64,000 nucleotides of DNA, taken from contig JAFGCB010000030.1 in the NCBI GenBank assembly GCA_016932855.1, forward strand, positions 475-64,474. Reading direction: 5' to 3'. The notes under the pieces are model-generated. The model was not told the origin of the DNA. It saw only the letters and a list, made by a program, of their open reading frames with translations, and did not search any database. The translations under genes and the position numbers were made by a program. Positions 10,349 to 20,141 of this stretch are shown here, piece after piece (the first letter of the stretch is position 1; each line of letters starts with the position of its first letter). The stretch comes from Candidatus Omnitrophota bacterium (GTDB lineage: Bacteria > Omnitrophota > Gorgyraeia > Duberdicusellales > Duberdicusellaceae).

Positions 10349-11101
10349 TTAAGAAGTTTTCGTAATATTAAACCTAGCAGAGTTAGGCATTTTTTTCAAG
10401 CGGGCGTCCAATTTTAAAAATATACCCTTAAGCATTTCCGCTTCTTTCTTAGAAAGGTGCGTCCGCCTAAATATCTTCTTTATGGAACTAATGATCCTTT
10501 TCGACCGAGGAATGCCATCTCCCCCATAACCTATTCTGGCCAGAAGCTGCTCAATGTATTCGTATAGTTTTTCGATTTCTTTCTTGCGAGCATAGGGCAA
10601 AATTGGAATCTGGTAAATGCTCTTGGCAAAACAAAAAAGCTCGTAACAAAAAATACCCGCGGCAAAGGATAGGTTTAAAGAAGGAAATTCCTCAGAGGAA
10701 GGAATACGAAATACGACATCTGAGGCCTCAATTTCATCTCTGGAAAGCCCTAAGTCTTCTCGGCCGAAAAGCACTGCTATCTTTGAATTCTTGGCCAGCG
10801 AGAAGATAACCGGAAGTAAAGCTTTAAGATCGTATACCGAAGAATCTTTCCTTGTCCGCCTGGTGCTTGCCAGAACAAAATCAAAAGAGGAAAGAGCCTC
10901 TTTTAACGAAGAGTAGACCTTGGCGGTCTGGACAATATCACGGGCGCGCTTGGAAACTTCAAAAGCCTTCTTAAGATCAGGGGAATTAACCAGTCTTAAG
11001 TCCTTAAAAGACATATTTTTCATTATTCGTGCCGTAAAACCGATATTTTCGGGAATCTGGCAGGATACAAGGACTACTGCGATGTTCTTAAGGCAGTCCA
11101 T
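10349..11101 (-). CDS. trmJ: SpoU/TrmH-family tRNA 2'-O-methyltransferase (TrmJ-like)
   Basis: N-terminal SPOUT-class motif block IAVVLV...PENIGFTARIMKNM, 250 aa. Confidence 0.7.
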   Translation of the reverse strand: MDCLKNIAVVLVSCQIPENIGFTARIMKNMSFKDLRLVNSPDLKKAFEVSKRARDIVQTAKVYSSLKEALSSFDFVLASTRRTRKDSSVYDLKALLPVIFSLAKNSKIAVLFGREDLGLSRDEIEASDVVFRIPSSEEFPSLNLSFAAGIFCYELFCFAKSIYQIPILPYARKKEIEKLYEYIEQLLARIGYGGDGIPRSKRIISSIKKIFRRTHLSKKEAEMLKGIFLKLDARLKKMPNSARFNITKTS

Positions 11102-11111
11102 AAAAAATTAG

Positions 11112-11402
11112 CTACCTTAAATTTATGGTAACATCCCAGGACTTGAGGTAATCAAATAGCTTGGCGAGCTGCGCTTCTTCTCCTTCAAAAGTAACTATTG
11201 CCCATCCCATTTCCGTAGAAAAGGAAGCTTCCAGAATATTCGGAATAATGTCGAAATTCTTTATTATATAGTAAAACACCGGCTCCTCTTTTAATTTCCC
11301 CGGAAAAGTAAGCTCCACTTCTACAGCTTTCCTTTTAGTCATTTTACCTCCTCTGTTAGAAAATAAAAATGCGCTCTTTTTTCGAAGCTTTAAGCCTGGC
11401 AA
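11112..11402 (-). CDS. Small hypothetical protein (possible NIL/ferredoxin-like fold)
   Basis: ORF only. The likely start is an internal Met (~11342). Not recognised with confidence. Confidence 0.3.
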   Translation of the reverse strand: MPGLKLRKKSAFLFSNRGGKMTKRKAVEVELTFPGKLKEEPVFYYIIKNFDIIPNILEASFSTEMGWAIVTFEGEEAQLAKLFDYLKSWDVTINLR

Positions 11403-11482
11403 TGCATTCGGTTTCTTCCTCTAGTTAAATATTAGCATAAAAACAGGGGCATTGCCACTCGATTTTGCCATAGCCCCTTAAA

Positions 11483-12637
11483 TCATAATCCCAATAAAAG
11501 AAAAACTCCTAAGGCCGCGAATAAAACTGCCATGCAAATTCTGATAAATCCGAATTTCTTTTTAAGAAAGGCGGAAAATTCCGGAGAACTTACGCCCCAC
11601 AAAGCAAAAAGAAAAACAACAATAAGAGGTATTATGAACATTAAATTATATAAAATAAGATATAACAAAGCCCGTATTCTTAAATAAGGAGACCTTAGAA
11701 CAAAAGTTATTATCGGCAAATAGACTTGCCCGGTACATACCGCTTCAAGGACAGAAACGGCAAGACCCACGCTTAAAGCGCCTATAATCAAAGAGAAAAC
11801 CTTTCTTCGGACCTGTTTTCTTTCCCTAAATTCATCACCGATAACTTTATGGATCTTAAGCTTAATAAACTTAGGGAGCTGAAGGAGCGATTCAGAAGGG
11901 TTGCCGCTTTTTCTAAATCTCATATAATCGTATAGAGAAAAAAGGCTTAAACAAAAACAGAATATGGCTATCGACAGATAAAAAATCTTCATGGCCATAT
12001 AGAAGTATCGCATACTATACAAAAACTTAAACAACCCCAGGCCGATAAGAAGGTAAGCGACGAATACAGCCAGCACATAACAGAGGCCTATGATTACGAC
12101 ATCCCGCTTTTCGTATTTATAGCAGGCAAGAAAAGACATAAAGAATACGATAACAGCAAAGGCACAGGGATTAATCCCGTCTAAAAGCCCGGCCCCGATT
12201 ATAGTCAAAACAGAAAAGGCTTTAAACTTTTCCTCAACGAAATTCCTTTCGGAAGCAGCCTCCTTGACTGAAGGCAAATTTTTAGATAGACACCGATATA
12301 TCAATAAATCGGCCTTCGCGATTATCTCGTCTCTACCGACAATTAAGTTATCCGCGAAAAACATGGTTGGAATAAGCGGTTTTTCCTTATCGTACATAGA
12401 ACCTATGGCAATAAGCTTATTTAAATTATCCTCGTTATGCGTATCTAAATATATAATATTAATTTTATCTTTATATTTTTCTTTAAGATTAGGCAAGAAT
12501 TCCTCTTTAATCGTCATGCAGGCCTTACAGTGCTGCGAATGAAAAAAAAGAATATCCAGGCTGTCTTTCTCCTGCGCATAGCCAGTAAAACAAATAACTA
12601 TGAAAGCCAAAAAAGTCAAAATCTTCCCGTAATTCAT
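11483..12637 (-). CDS. Thioredoxin-like domain fused to CcdA/DsbD-type thiol-disulfide transporter
   Basis: Signal peptide, CxxC (HCKAC) thioredoxin motif, then multi-TM domain with INPCA and CTGQ cysteine motifs typical of DsbD/CcdA. Confidence 0.7.
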   Translation of the reverse strand: MNYGKILTFLAFIVICFTGYAQEKDSLDILFFHSQHCKACMTIKEEFLPNLKEKYKDKINIIYLDTHNEDNLNKLIAIGSMYDKEKPLIPTMFFADNLIVGRDEIIAKADLLIYRCLSKNLPSVKEAASERNFVEEKFKAFSVLTIIGAGLLDGINPCAFAVIVFFMSFLACYKYEKRDVVIIGLCYVLAVFVAYLLIGLGLFKFLYSMRYFYMAMKIFYLSIAIFCFCLSLFSLYDYMRFRKSGNPSESLLQLPKFIKLKIHKVIGDEFRERKQVRRKVFSLIIGALSVGLAVSVLEAVCTGQVYLPIITFVLRSPYLRIRALLYLILYNLMFIIPLIVVFLFALWGVSSPEFSAFLKKKFGFIRICMAVLFAALGVFLLLGL

Positions 12638-12760
12638 AAACTTTCCTGTTTTTCTTTATTTTTCAAAGTATACTATTTCTAAAAACTTATGTCAAATCAA
12701 ATACACGCATAAAATATCCTTGATAGTTAACGGAAACTGATTAAAATAAATAAGGACATT

Positions 12761-12784
12761 AAAAAGGGAACGTTTCTATTTATT
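12761..12784 (+). promoter_or_regulatory. AAAAAGGGAACGTTTCTATTT upstream motif (family F5)
   Basis: ~20 nt upstream of the ECF sigma start. Related copies at 14481-14536 (minus) and 17237-17260 (plus). Confidence 0.4.
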
Positions 12785-12799
12785 AAATGTTAAACCTTT

Positions 12800-13369
12800 A
12801 TGAAAGACTCAGAAATCATAAGGCGCTGCATCAAAAAAAATAAAAAAGCATGGGTTTTATTTATCCAGAAATATTCCCGGCTCATATATTGGGCAATAAC
12901 TAAACGGCTGTCAATAAGCGGCTTTAAGCTTAATCAAGCTGACATTGAGGATATTTTCCAAGAAGTGCTGCTAACAATCCTCAAAGGCGATAAACTCCTT
13001 CAGTTAAAAGACATAAAATTTCTTCCTGGCTGGCTATCGATGGTGGCTTCAAATAAAACGGTTGACTATATGCGGGATAAAGAATATCGGAAGCAAAATT
13101 TAATTGTTGATATCCCGGAATTCAAAGACTATAGTTTTGAACAAGAACTCTTAACCAGAGACAAAATCACTGTAATAAAAAATATAATTGACACTTTACC
13201 CGATAAAGAAAAAATTATTATCTGCCTCAATATCCTAGAAGAAAAAACCCATAAAGAGATCGCGCAAATAATGGGCATGCCTATTAATACTGTCTCAACC
13301 ATAGTTGCCCGAACCAAGGAAAAAATTAAGAAAAAACTGGAAAAAACAGATTCAGGATATGTATTCTAA
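12800..13369 (+). CDS. ECF-type RNA polymerase sigma factor
   Basis: Sigma-70 region 2 (…IFQEVLLTILKG…) and region 4 HTH (KEIAQIMGMPINTVSTIVARTKEKI). 189 aa. Confidence 0.75.
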   Translation: MKDSEIIRRCIKKNKKAWVLFIQKYSRLIYWAITKRLSISGFKLNQADIEDIFQEVLLTILKGDKLLQLKDIKFLPGWLSMVASNKTVDYMRDKEYRKQNLIVDIPEFKDYSFEQELLTRDKITVIKNIIDTLPDKEKIIICLNILEEKTHKEIAQIMGMPINTVSTIVARTKEKIKKKLEKTDSGYVF

Positions 13370-13407
13370 AAACTTGAAAGAAAACAGAGATTTGTTCCGT
13401 CTATTAA

Positions 13408-13968
13408 TTGGAGAAAGAAATGGATAAAATTGAAAAAATAATTAAAGAGTATCTGGAAAAGGATCTGATATCAGGCAGTGGCGGTAAAACCGATGACTGC
13501 CTTAACGAACAGGATCTAATAAAATATCTAAAGGGGATAATTAGTGACGAAACTAGAGGCTCAGATGAACATCATATCGCGAGTTGCGGTTTCTGCTTGA
13601 GCCAGCTTAGCATCGCTTTTGAATCTCAGCTAATAAACAAAAAAGAGCTTCAGCCAGTGCCTCAAGAATTGCTCGATAAAGTGGAATACCGGCTAGGCAT
13701 CGGAAAATATGAAAAAAACAAAGAAATTCATAAGACAAAAAAAATGAAAAAGATATTCTTTCTTGCCGGCACAATTTTTTTCTTCGGCCTATCCTTTGTT
13801 GTTCCTAGATATTTTATTCAGTTCTTAGTAGCCGCCCTTATCCTGGGTATACGCTGGTCCCTTGAAAGCGAAAGCGGTAAAACCCTTATTATGATCATTG
13901 ACTCTTGGCGCCGCCACTCCAGCGATAAGGATGATGACATTTCCCGCCGCCTAAAAAACCGTCTCTAA
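13408..13968 (+). CDS. Putative zinc-finger anti-sigma factor (single TM)
   Basis: Immediately downstream of the ECF sigma. Contains an HxxxCxxC motif (HHIASCGFC) and one TM helix. Confidence 0.5.
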   Translation: MEKEMDKIEKIIKEYLEKDLISGSGGKTDDCLNEQDLIKYLKGIISDETRGSDEHHIASCGFCLSQLSIAFESQLINKKELQPVPQELLDKVEYRLGIGKYEKNKEIHKTKKMKKIFFLAGTIFFFGLSFVVPRYFIQFLVAALILGIRWSLESESGKTLIMIIDSWRRHSSDKDDDISRRLKNRL

Positions 13969-14085
13969 GCTAAGATTATCTTTTGTATTTATTTGCACGG
14001 CCTTCCACGCTTGCATCTAAGGTTGCTTATTGCAAATTTTTCTTCCCTATCACAAATAAACCCATCGCAACCGAGAAATCGTAAA

Positions 14086-14457
14086 TCAAAGTGTCACGCC
14101 CTGGTAATGTGCAAGACGCCTTATTTTTTTATTTTTTTCAAGCACAATACATACGGCATCTATTCTATAATCAATTTCATATCTTTTCTGAATCATATAA
14201 GCCGTGGCGCCTCGAATGAGTTTATTTATTTTGTTATGATTGAGTGATTCCTCGGGAATGCCGAATTCTTCTTTCGTCTTTGTCCTTACTTCAATAAATA
14301 CCAAAGTCTTTCTATCACGAGCAATCAAATCAATTTCAGTGTATTTTGTCTTGTAATTCCTTTCGATTATTTTATAACCTTTCTTCTGTAAATATCTCTT
14401 AGCTATATCTTCTCCCAAATAACCGATCGCTAAATTTTCCGATTTCATAGAAAACAT
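14086..14457 (-). CDS. yraN: YraN-family (UPF0102) predicted endonuclease
   Basis: GEDIAKRYLQKKGYKIIERNYK...EIDLIA motif characteristic of the UPF0102 PD-(D/E)xK family. Confidence 0.7.
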   Translation of the reverse strand: MFSMKSENLAIGYLGEDIAKRYLQKKGYKIIERNYKTKYTEIDLIARDRKTLVFIEVRTKTKEEFGIPEESLNHNKINKLIRGATAYMIQKRYEIDYRIDAVCIVLEKNKKIRRLAHYQGVTL

Positions 14458-14480
14458 TGTCGATTAAATAAAAACAAAAA

Positions 14481-14536
14481 CATCGATAAATAGAAGCGCC
14501 CCTTTTTTCATCGATAAACAGAAGCATCCCTTTTTT
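14481..14536 (-). repeat. Tandem 28-bp direct repeat carrying the F5 motif (AAAAAAGGGGCGCTTCTATTTATCGATG x2)
   Basis: catcgataaatagaagcgcccctttttt at 14481-14508 and catcgataaacagaagcatcccttttttc at 14509-14536. They overlap the comM 3' end and lie upstream of yraN. Confidence 0.6.
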
Positions 14537-16058
14537 CTAGGGAACAATACTGCAGGGCTTCAGCCATATGCGAAATTTCTATCTCTTCGGTGCCTTCCAG
14601 ATCAGCGATGGAACGCGAAATTTTTATCATTTTAAAATAAGAACGCGCGGATAAATTAAACCTGACGCCGGCCTTAAAAAGAAGCTGATCCACCTCTTTC
14701 GAAAGACCACAGTATTTCTTAATATGTTTATTACGCATCTCGGAATTAGTGTAAATTGTTTCTTTCTTAAAGCGGCTTTCTTGCATCTTTCTGGCTTTAA
14801 TTATCCTCTGCCTTATCGTCTCCGATGATTCTAAAGATTCCTTTATTCGCTTTTCTTGAGAAAGTGCTCTAAAGTCCGCTACGGGCACTTCGACACAGAG
14901 ATCAATACGGTCTAAAACAGGACCGGAAATTCGTTTTTTATACTTCTCTATCTCCCGCTGAGTACAAACGCAGGCCTTTTTAGGATGATATAAATAACCG
15001 CAGGGGCAGGGGTTGGCTGAAGCAATAAGAATAAATTGAGACGGAAAAGTAGCTCTTTGTTTGCTCCTGCAAATAGTAATGCAACCGTCCTCTAGGGGCT
15101 GACGTAATGCCTCTAATGCTAGACGGGGAAATTCATTGAATTCATCCAAGAATAACACCCCCCGATGAGCTAAACTTATCTCGCCGGGCTTTAACTTGCT
15201 GCCTCCGCCAATAAGACCGACAGAAGAAATTGTATGATGCGGTGCGCGAAAAGGCCGGGCCTTGATAAGAGAACCCTCGGGCCGAATAAGTCCGGAAGCA
15301 GAATAAACCTTGGTTACTTCAAGCGATTCCTCTTCGGTCAACAAAGGCAGAATCCCCGGAAATGCCCGCGCCAGCATTGTTTTGCCCGATCCGGGACTAC
15401 CGACCATAAAAATATTATGGCCTCCAGCAGCAGCAATCTCCATTGCTCGCTTTGTCTGCTCTTGGCCTAGGACTTCCGACATATCAAATTCAGCCCGAGA
15501 AGCCTTTGGCCGGCTGTGGATCTCATTATAAACCACTGGTTCAAAGCGTAGTTGGCCGCAAAAAAACGGTAATAATTGACTTATGTTCTCTACGGGATAA
15601 ACATTAACTCCTTTAATAATAGCCGCTTCATTAGCTGAAGGCTTAGGAACAAACACATTTTTTATTCCTTTTTCTTTGGCAAACAATGCCAACAATAAAG
15701 CGCCTTTTGTATGACGTAAGGTTCCATCCAAAGAAAGTTCACCGAAAAACAGGCTTTTCTCAGGCGGCTGACAGCCAAGTATCGCTGCTACAATGCCTAC
15801 GGCTATAGGCAGATCGTAAAAAGCCCCTTCTTTAGGAACATCAGCGGGGGCCAAATTGATCACGATTCTTTTAGTGGGAAATTGAATGCGGGAATTTGAA
15901 ATAGCTGTTCTTACTCTTTCTTTGCTTTCGGCAACGGCCTTACTAGGTAAACCAACTATCTCAAAGGCTGGAAGTCCCCTGTTGGCCACATTTACTTCAA
16001 CTTCCATTGCTAAAGTATGCAGGCCTAAATTAAGCGCTGAAGCGACTTTTACTAACAT
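14508..16058 (-). CDS. comM: Mg-chelatase-like AAA+ ATPase YifB/ComM
   Basis: N-terminal Lon-like domain, Walker A GSPGSGKT, Mg-chelatase ChlI-like core, C-terminal domain. 516 aa. Confidence 0.85.
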   Translation of the reverse strand: MLVKVASALNLGLHTLAMEVEVNVANRGLPAFEIVGLPSKAVAESKERVRTAISNSRIQFPTKRIVINLAPADVPKEGAFYDLPIAVGIVAAILGCQPPEKSLFFGELSLDGTLRHTKGALLLALFAKEKGIKNVFVPKPSANEAAIIKGVNVYPVENISQLLPFFCGQLRFEPVVYNEIHSRPKASRAEFDMSEVLGQEQTKRAMEIAAAGGHNIFMVGSPGSGKTMLARAFPGILPLLTEEESLEVTKVYSASGLIRPEGSLIKARPFRAPHHTISSVGLIGGGSKLKPGEISLAHRGVLFLDEFNEFPRLALEALRQPLEDGCITICRSKQRATFPSQFILIASANPCPCGYLYHPKKACVCTQREIEKYKKRISGPVLDRIDLCVEVPVADFRALSQEKRIKESLESSETIRQRIIKARKMQESRFKKETIYTNSEMRNKHIKKYCGLSKEVDQLLFKAGVRFNLSARSYFKMIKISRSIADLEGTEEIEISHMAEALQYCSLEKRDASVYR

Positions 16059-16905
16059 AGTATTTTCCTGACTCTTCTTCTACTAAGCCTTTTAGCAACA
16101 TAAATGAAATAACTGTTCCCAGTTTAGAAGCGGAGATTTTTGTCAAGCGGCATAAAGCATCAAATTCTTTAGGCTCTTGCCTTAATTTCTTTAAAATATC
16201 TTTCTCTAGCTCACTTAAATTTGATTCTAAGAAAGGATTTGCCGAATCCTTTGATCTACTCAAACCATAATATCCTAGAACATCATCTGGATCAGCCACT
16301 AAGCTAGCCCCTTCTTTAATTAACTGCGAAGTTGCCTGGGAAAGCGAGCTAGTAAGAGGACCGGGAACCGCAAAGAGTTTACGTTTAAATTTCTTGGCAA
16401 ACTCCGCGGTAATTAAAGTGCCGCTTTTACTGCTGCCTTCGATAACCAAGGTCGCTTGCGATAAACCGGCTACTATCCGGTTGCGCTTAGGATAAGTCCA
16501 GCGCGCGGGAGGAAAATTTCTTTCAAATTCAGAAATAATCAGGCTGCCTTCTGCTATTATCTGCTCATAAAGGTCTTTCTGGTGTCCGGGATGAATAAGG
16601 TCAATGCCGCAAGGCATTACTGCAATGGTTTTACCTCCTACTGAAAGCGCTGCTTTATGCGCTTGGGCATCGACCCCATACATAAATCCGGAAACAATAG
16701 TTATACCGCTCAAGGCTATTTTTGATACCAATTCATTTGTTATCTGTTTACCATAAACAGTCATACGCCTTGACCCAACAACCGCCAGGCAGTTATTAAA
16801 AAGATTGGCATCCCAACTACCTTTGCAGTAAAGTTTTTCAGGCGGATCATTAATCTGCCTTAACAAGCAAGGGTATTCTAAGCTTTTAATTTCAACTATC
16901 TTCAT
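16030..16905 (-). CDS. dprA: DNA processing protein DprA
   Basis: Rossmann-like DprA core (AVVGSRRMTVYGK...IVSGFMYGVDAQAHKAAL). 291 aa. Confidence 0.85.
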   Translation of the reverse strand: MKIVEIKSLEYPCLLRQINDPPEKLYCKGSWDANLFNNCLAVVGSRRMTVYGKQITNELVSKIALSGITIVSGFMYGVDAQAHKAALSVGGKTIAVMPCGIDLIHPGHQKDLYEQIIAEGSLIISEFERNFPPARWTYPKRNRIVAGLSQATLVIEGSSKSGTLITAEFAKKFKRKLFAVPGPLTSSLSQATSQLIKEGASLVADPDDVLGYYGLSRSKDSANPFLESNLSELEKDILKKLRQEPKEFDALCRLTKISASKLGTVISFMLLKGLVEEESGKYYVSKSRFSA

Positions 16906-17209
16906 AAGCAGATAATACTGCCCTATTAAGCGCCTGCCGGGCTGAGGCCGTCAAAGGAAAGGCGCTGTTATACCATTTACCATCCTTGCCCGACTCGCGG
17001 GGAACTCCAACAAATAATCCTTTTTTACCATTCACAACCCTAAAACCCTTTACCAAAAATTGATCGGCAATGGAAATGTCACATATAGCCTTTGTTGCCC
17101 CCTCGCCATCAAACTTGTAAATCCTGGTAACTCTAAGATCTAAATCCATCTCTATCACCTCCTCTATATTTAAATCGCTTTCTTTCATATAAGACGCGCC
17201 TATAGTCAA
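16892..17209 (-). CDS. spoVG: SpoVG-family protein
   Basis: MEVTDVRL-like core (DLRVTRIYKFDGEGATKAICDISIADQFLVKGFRVVNGKKGLFVGVP) matches the SpoVG fold. Confidence 0.7.
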   Translation of the reverse strand: MTIGASYMKESDLNIEEVIEMDLDLRVTRIYKFDGEGATKAICDISIADQFLVKGFRVVNGKKGLFVGVPRESGKDGKWYNSAFPLTASARQALNRAVLSAYEDS

Positions 17210-17236
17210 AATTCTTTCAAAAAATTTTATTATATT

Positions 17237-17260
17237 AAAAAAGGGACGCTTCTATTCTTC
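17237..17260 (+). promoter_or_regulatory. AAAAAAGGGACGCTTCTATTCTTC upstream motif (family F5)
   Basis: Lies in the spoVG / GH94 divergent region. It overlaps a palindrome TTCTATT-N12-AATAGAA. Confidence 0.4.
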
Positions 17261-17311
17261 AGAAATAAATAGAAACATCACTTTTTCTACTTAAATATCT
17301 AGCATCTCTTA

Positions 17312-17425
17312 ACCCGACGCCCCATGCGCGATACCCGAAACCCGAAACCACGCAGTACTCGGTACGCAGTACGCGGTACGCAACATGTAAACTTGTGACT
17401 TTGTGTCTGTGTGACGGTGTGACTT
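17312..17425. repeat. Heptamer/octamer tandem-repeat arrays (CCCGAAA x2; GTACGCRG x4; GTGTGACN x4)
   Basis: cccgaaacccgaaacc; ggtacgcagtacgcggtacgca; gtgactttgtgtctgtgtgacggtgtgac. Confidence 0.6.
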
Positions 17426-17465
17426 TTTTACTTGATAGTTGAGGAAAAATGCATAGAATAAATGT

Positions 17466-20141
17466 ATGCCGATATGGAAAATAAAAGATAGACAGCAAGG
17501 GGTTTTTTCCATTGAAAATCCTCAAGATTTTTCGGATTTCTACCTCGGCCTTACTAACACCCAAGGAAAAATCTTCTGCTGCATATCCCCTTTTCTATCC
17601 GGGGATATTAAAACCTCAATACATAACTACCTTAATTACCCGGCTACGGTATTTGACCTAAAAAGCCCGGCGCACACCAGAAGCCTCTGGCTTTACTTTA
17701 ACAAAAAGAACATAATCAACATATCCCACCTTTGGCCTACTCAAGATAAACTGACTCTTGAAGCCGGTCCTTTATGGCAGAAACTTACCCGGGAAAATAA
17801 GTCACGCAATCTTAAAATCGAAACGACCAGCTTTGTGCCTGAAGGGACTGAAATTGAAATTATGTGGATAAAAATAACCAACAGGGCAAAATATAAACAG
17901 GAATTTACCGCCACAACCAGCATACCTCTATTCTGCCGGGCCCAGGAAAATATCATTGACCACAGGCACGTAACTTCCCTTTTAAACAGAGCCTATCCGG
18001 AAAAAGAAGGCCTTATCATCAAACCTGCAATGTCTTTTGACGAAAGAGGCCACAAAAAGAATAAAACATCCTATTTTGTCTTTGCTTTTACCGACAAAAA
18101 AAGAGGTCTGGAAGGGATATTCTCTACTTTAGATGAGTTTTACGGAAAAAATGGGAATATCATCTGGCCGGAAAGCGTCTTTCTAAATAAAAAACCTAAG
18201 AATATAGACAAAGTTTGGGGTAAAGAAAACATAGCCGGCCTTAAATTTAAAAAGCATAGCTTAAAACCCAAGGAAAGCCTTAATATCTTTCTGGTTATGG
18301 GAATAACCGATAAAGACCCCGGAGGCGTTTTCAAGGGATTTTCTGAACCGGATAAAATTTATAAGGCTTTTAAAGAAAGTAAAAAAGCCTGGGCTAAAAT
18401 ATTCAGTAAACTTAACTCCTCAAGCGGCAATAACTTATTCGATTTCTGGCTAAGCTGGGTAAACCTGCAGCCTACTTTAAGAAAGCTTTTCGGCTGCTCG
18501 TTTTTAGCCCACTTTGACTACGGAAAAGGCGGGCGAGGCTGGAGAGACTTATGGCAGGATTTATTAAGCCTTCTTTTAATCAACCCAAGCCAAGTAAAGA
18601 AAAACCTTATAAGAAACTTTCAAGGAATAAGAATTGACGGAAGTAACGCCACTATCATAACTAAGGATAATGATTTTATCTCCGACCGCAATAAAATATC
18701 CCGGGTCTGGATGGACCACGGAGTCTGGCCGTATCTAACAACTAAACTTTACATCGACAGGACCGCTGACTGGGATATCCTGTTTAAAAAAGTAAGCTTC
18801 TTTCGCGACCATCAATTAAAAAGGGCAAAAGAGCAAAATTTCGGCTTTTTTGCGAGTAAACGCCGAGGCTTTGAGTTAAAAGATGGGAAAAACAGAACCC
18901 ACAAAAGCAGTATTCTTGAGCATCTCCTAGTCCAAAATATAGTTCAGTTCTTTAATATTGGAACCCACGGCAATACTAAGCTTGAAAATGCCGACTGGAA
19001 CGACGCTCTGGATATGGCGGCTGAAAAAGGCGAAAGCGTAGCTTTTACCTGCATGTATGCCTGTAATCTTGAAAGCCTTGCCAATCTTATTAAAGAAATC
19101 AAGCTCAAGAAAAAAATAAACCAAATAGAAATAACTAAAGAGCTGTTGACTCTAATCGATACCGCCGGAGCAAAAATAGACTATTCGGATTTAAATAAAC
19201 GTGGAACCTTGCTTAAAAAATACCTGGAAATAACAAAGTCTCAAGTAGAAGGAAAAAAAGTAAAGATAAACATAGATATTCTTATAAATGACTTAACCCG
19301 TAAGGCTTCCTGGATAAAAAACCATATCCAAACTAAAGAATGGCAGAAAGATGCAGGTTTTTTTAACGGTTATTATGACAATAACTCTCGAAGAGTAGAA
19401 GGCAGGTTTAATAACAAAATAAGAATGTCGCTTACCTCCCAGGTTTTTCCCTTAATGAGCAAGATAGCTACAACTTCCCAAGCTAAAAGAATCTGGGAAT
19501 CTTTAGTTAAATATTTAAAAGAAGGAAATTATTCCGCCTTCAGGCTTAATACTGACTTCGGAGAAATTAAGCTTGATTTAGGAAGGGCTTTTGGCTTTTC
19601 CTACGGCGATAAGGAAAATGGCTCGGTATTTTCTCACATGAATGTAATGCTTGCCTTCAGCCTCTATGAACAAAACTTGGTAAAAGAAGGTCTATCGGTA
19701 ATTGAATCTCTGTTCGGGCTGGCTACATCAAAAGAGTCCCGTATCGGACCCGGCCTTGCCGAGTATTTCAACCTGGAACATAAAGGCTTATATCCTTATC
19801 TTACCGGCTCAGCCAGCTGGTTTATTCTTGTCTGGATACGGCAAGCAATAGGGCTAAAGTTTAGGCAAGGTAATATAATTTTTGAACCTAAGCTTTTAGC
19901 AAAACAATTCGCCAAAGACTCATCTTTAAAAACTATCTTAAATCTTGAAGGAAAAATACTTAATATTACCTATTTAAATCCCAAGAAAAAAGACTGGCCT
20001 AACTATACTTTAGAAAAGGTCAGAATAAACGCAAAAGCAATCAAGCTAAATAAAAAACTTAAAAGCCTTGAACTTAACTCTTTACAAACCAAAAAACTTT
20101 TAAGTCTTCCTGAAAATAGCGTGGAAATTACTTTTGGGTAG
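17466..20141 (+). CDS. Glycoside hydrolase family 94-like glycoside phosphorylase (cellobiose/chitobiose phosphorylase family), putative
   Basis: 891 aa. Contains an ADWNDALD motif matching the catalytic-Asp DWND motif of the GH94 (alpha/alpha)6 barrel domain, and ENGSVFSHMN resembling the GH94 sugar-binding segment. Confidence 0.5.
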   Translation: MPIWKIKDRQQGVFSIENPQDFSDFYLGLTNTQGKIFCCISPFLSGDIKTSIHNYLNYPATVFDLKSPAHTRSLWLYFNKKNIINISHLWPTQDKLTLEAGPLWQKLTRENKSRNLKIETTSFVPEGTEIEIMWIKITNRAKYKQEFTATTSIPLFCRAQENIIDHRHVTSLLNRAYPEKEGLIIKPAMSFDERGHKKNKTSYFVFAFTDKKRGLEGIFSTLDEFYGKNGNIIWPESVFLNKKPKNIDKVWGKENIAGLKFKKHSLKPKESLNIFLVMGITDKDPGGVFKGFSEPDKIYKAFKESKKAWAKIFSKLNSSSGNNLFDFWLSWVNLQPTLRKLFGCSFLAHFDYGKGGRGWRDLWQDLLSLLLINPSQVKKNLIRNFQGIRIDGSNATIITKDNDFISDRNKISRVWMDHGVWPYLTTKLYIDRTADWDILFKKVSFFRDHQLKRAKEQNFGFFASKRRGFELKDGKNRTHKSSILEHLLVQNIVQFFNIGTHGNTKLENADWNDALDMAAEKGESVAFTCMYACNLESLANLIKEIKLKKKINQIEITKELLTLIDTAGAKIDYSDLNKRGTLLKKYLEITKSQVEGKKVKINIDILINDLTRKASWIKNHIQTKEWQKDAGFFNGYYDNNSRRVEGRFNNKIRMSLTSQVFPLMSKIATTSQAKRIWESLVKYLKEGNYSAFRLNTDFGEIKLDLGRAFGFSYGDKENGSVFSHMNVMLAFSLYEQNLVKEGLSVIESLFGLATSKESRIGPGLAEYFNLEHKGLYPYLTGSASWFILVWIRQAIGLKFRQGNIIFEPKLLAKQFAKDSSLKTILNLEGKILNITYLNPKKKDWPNYTLEKVRINAKAIKLNKKLKSLELNSLQTKKLLSLPENSVEITFG

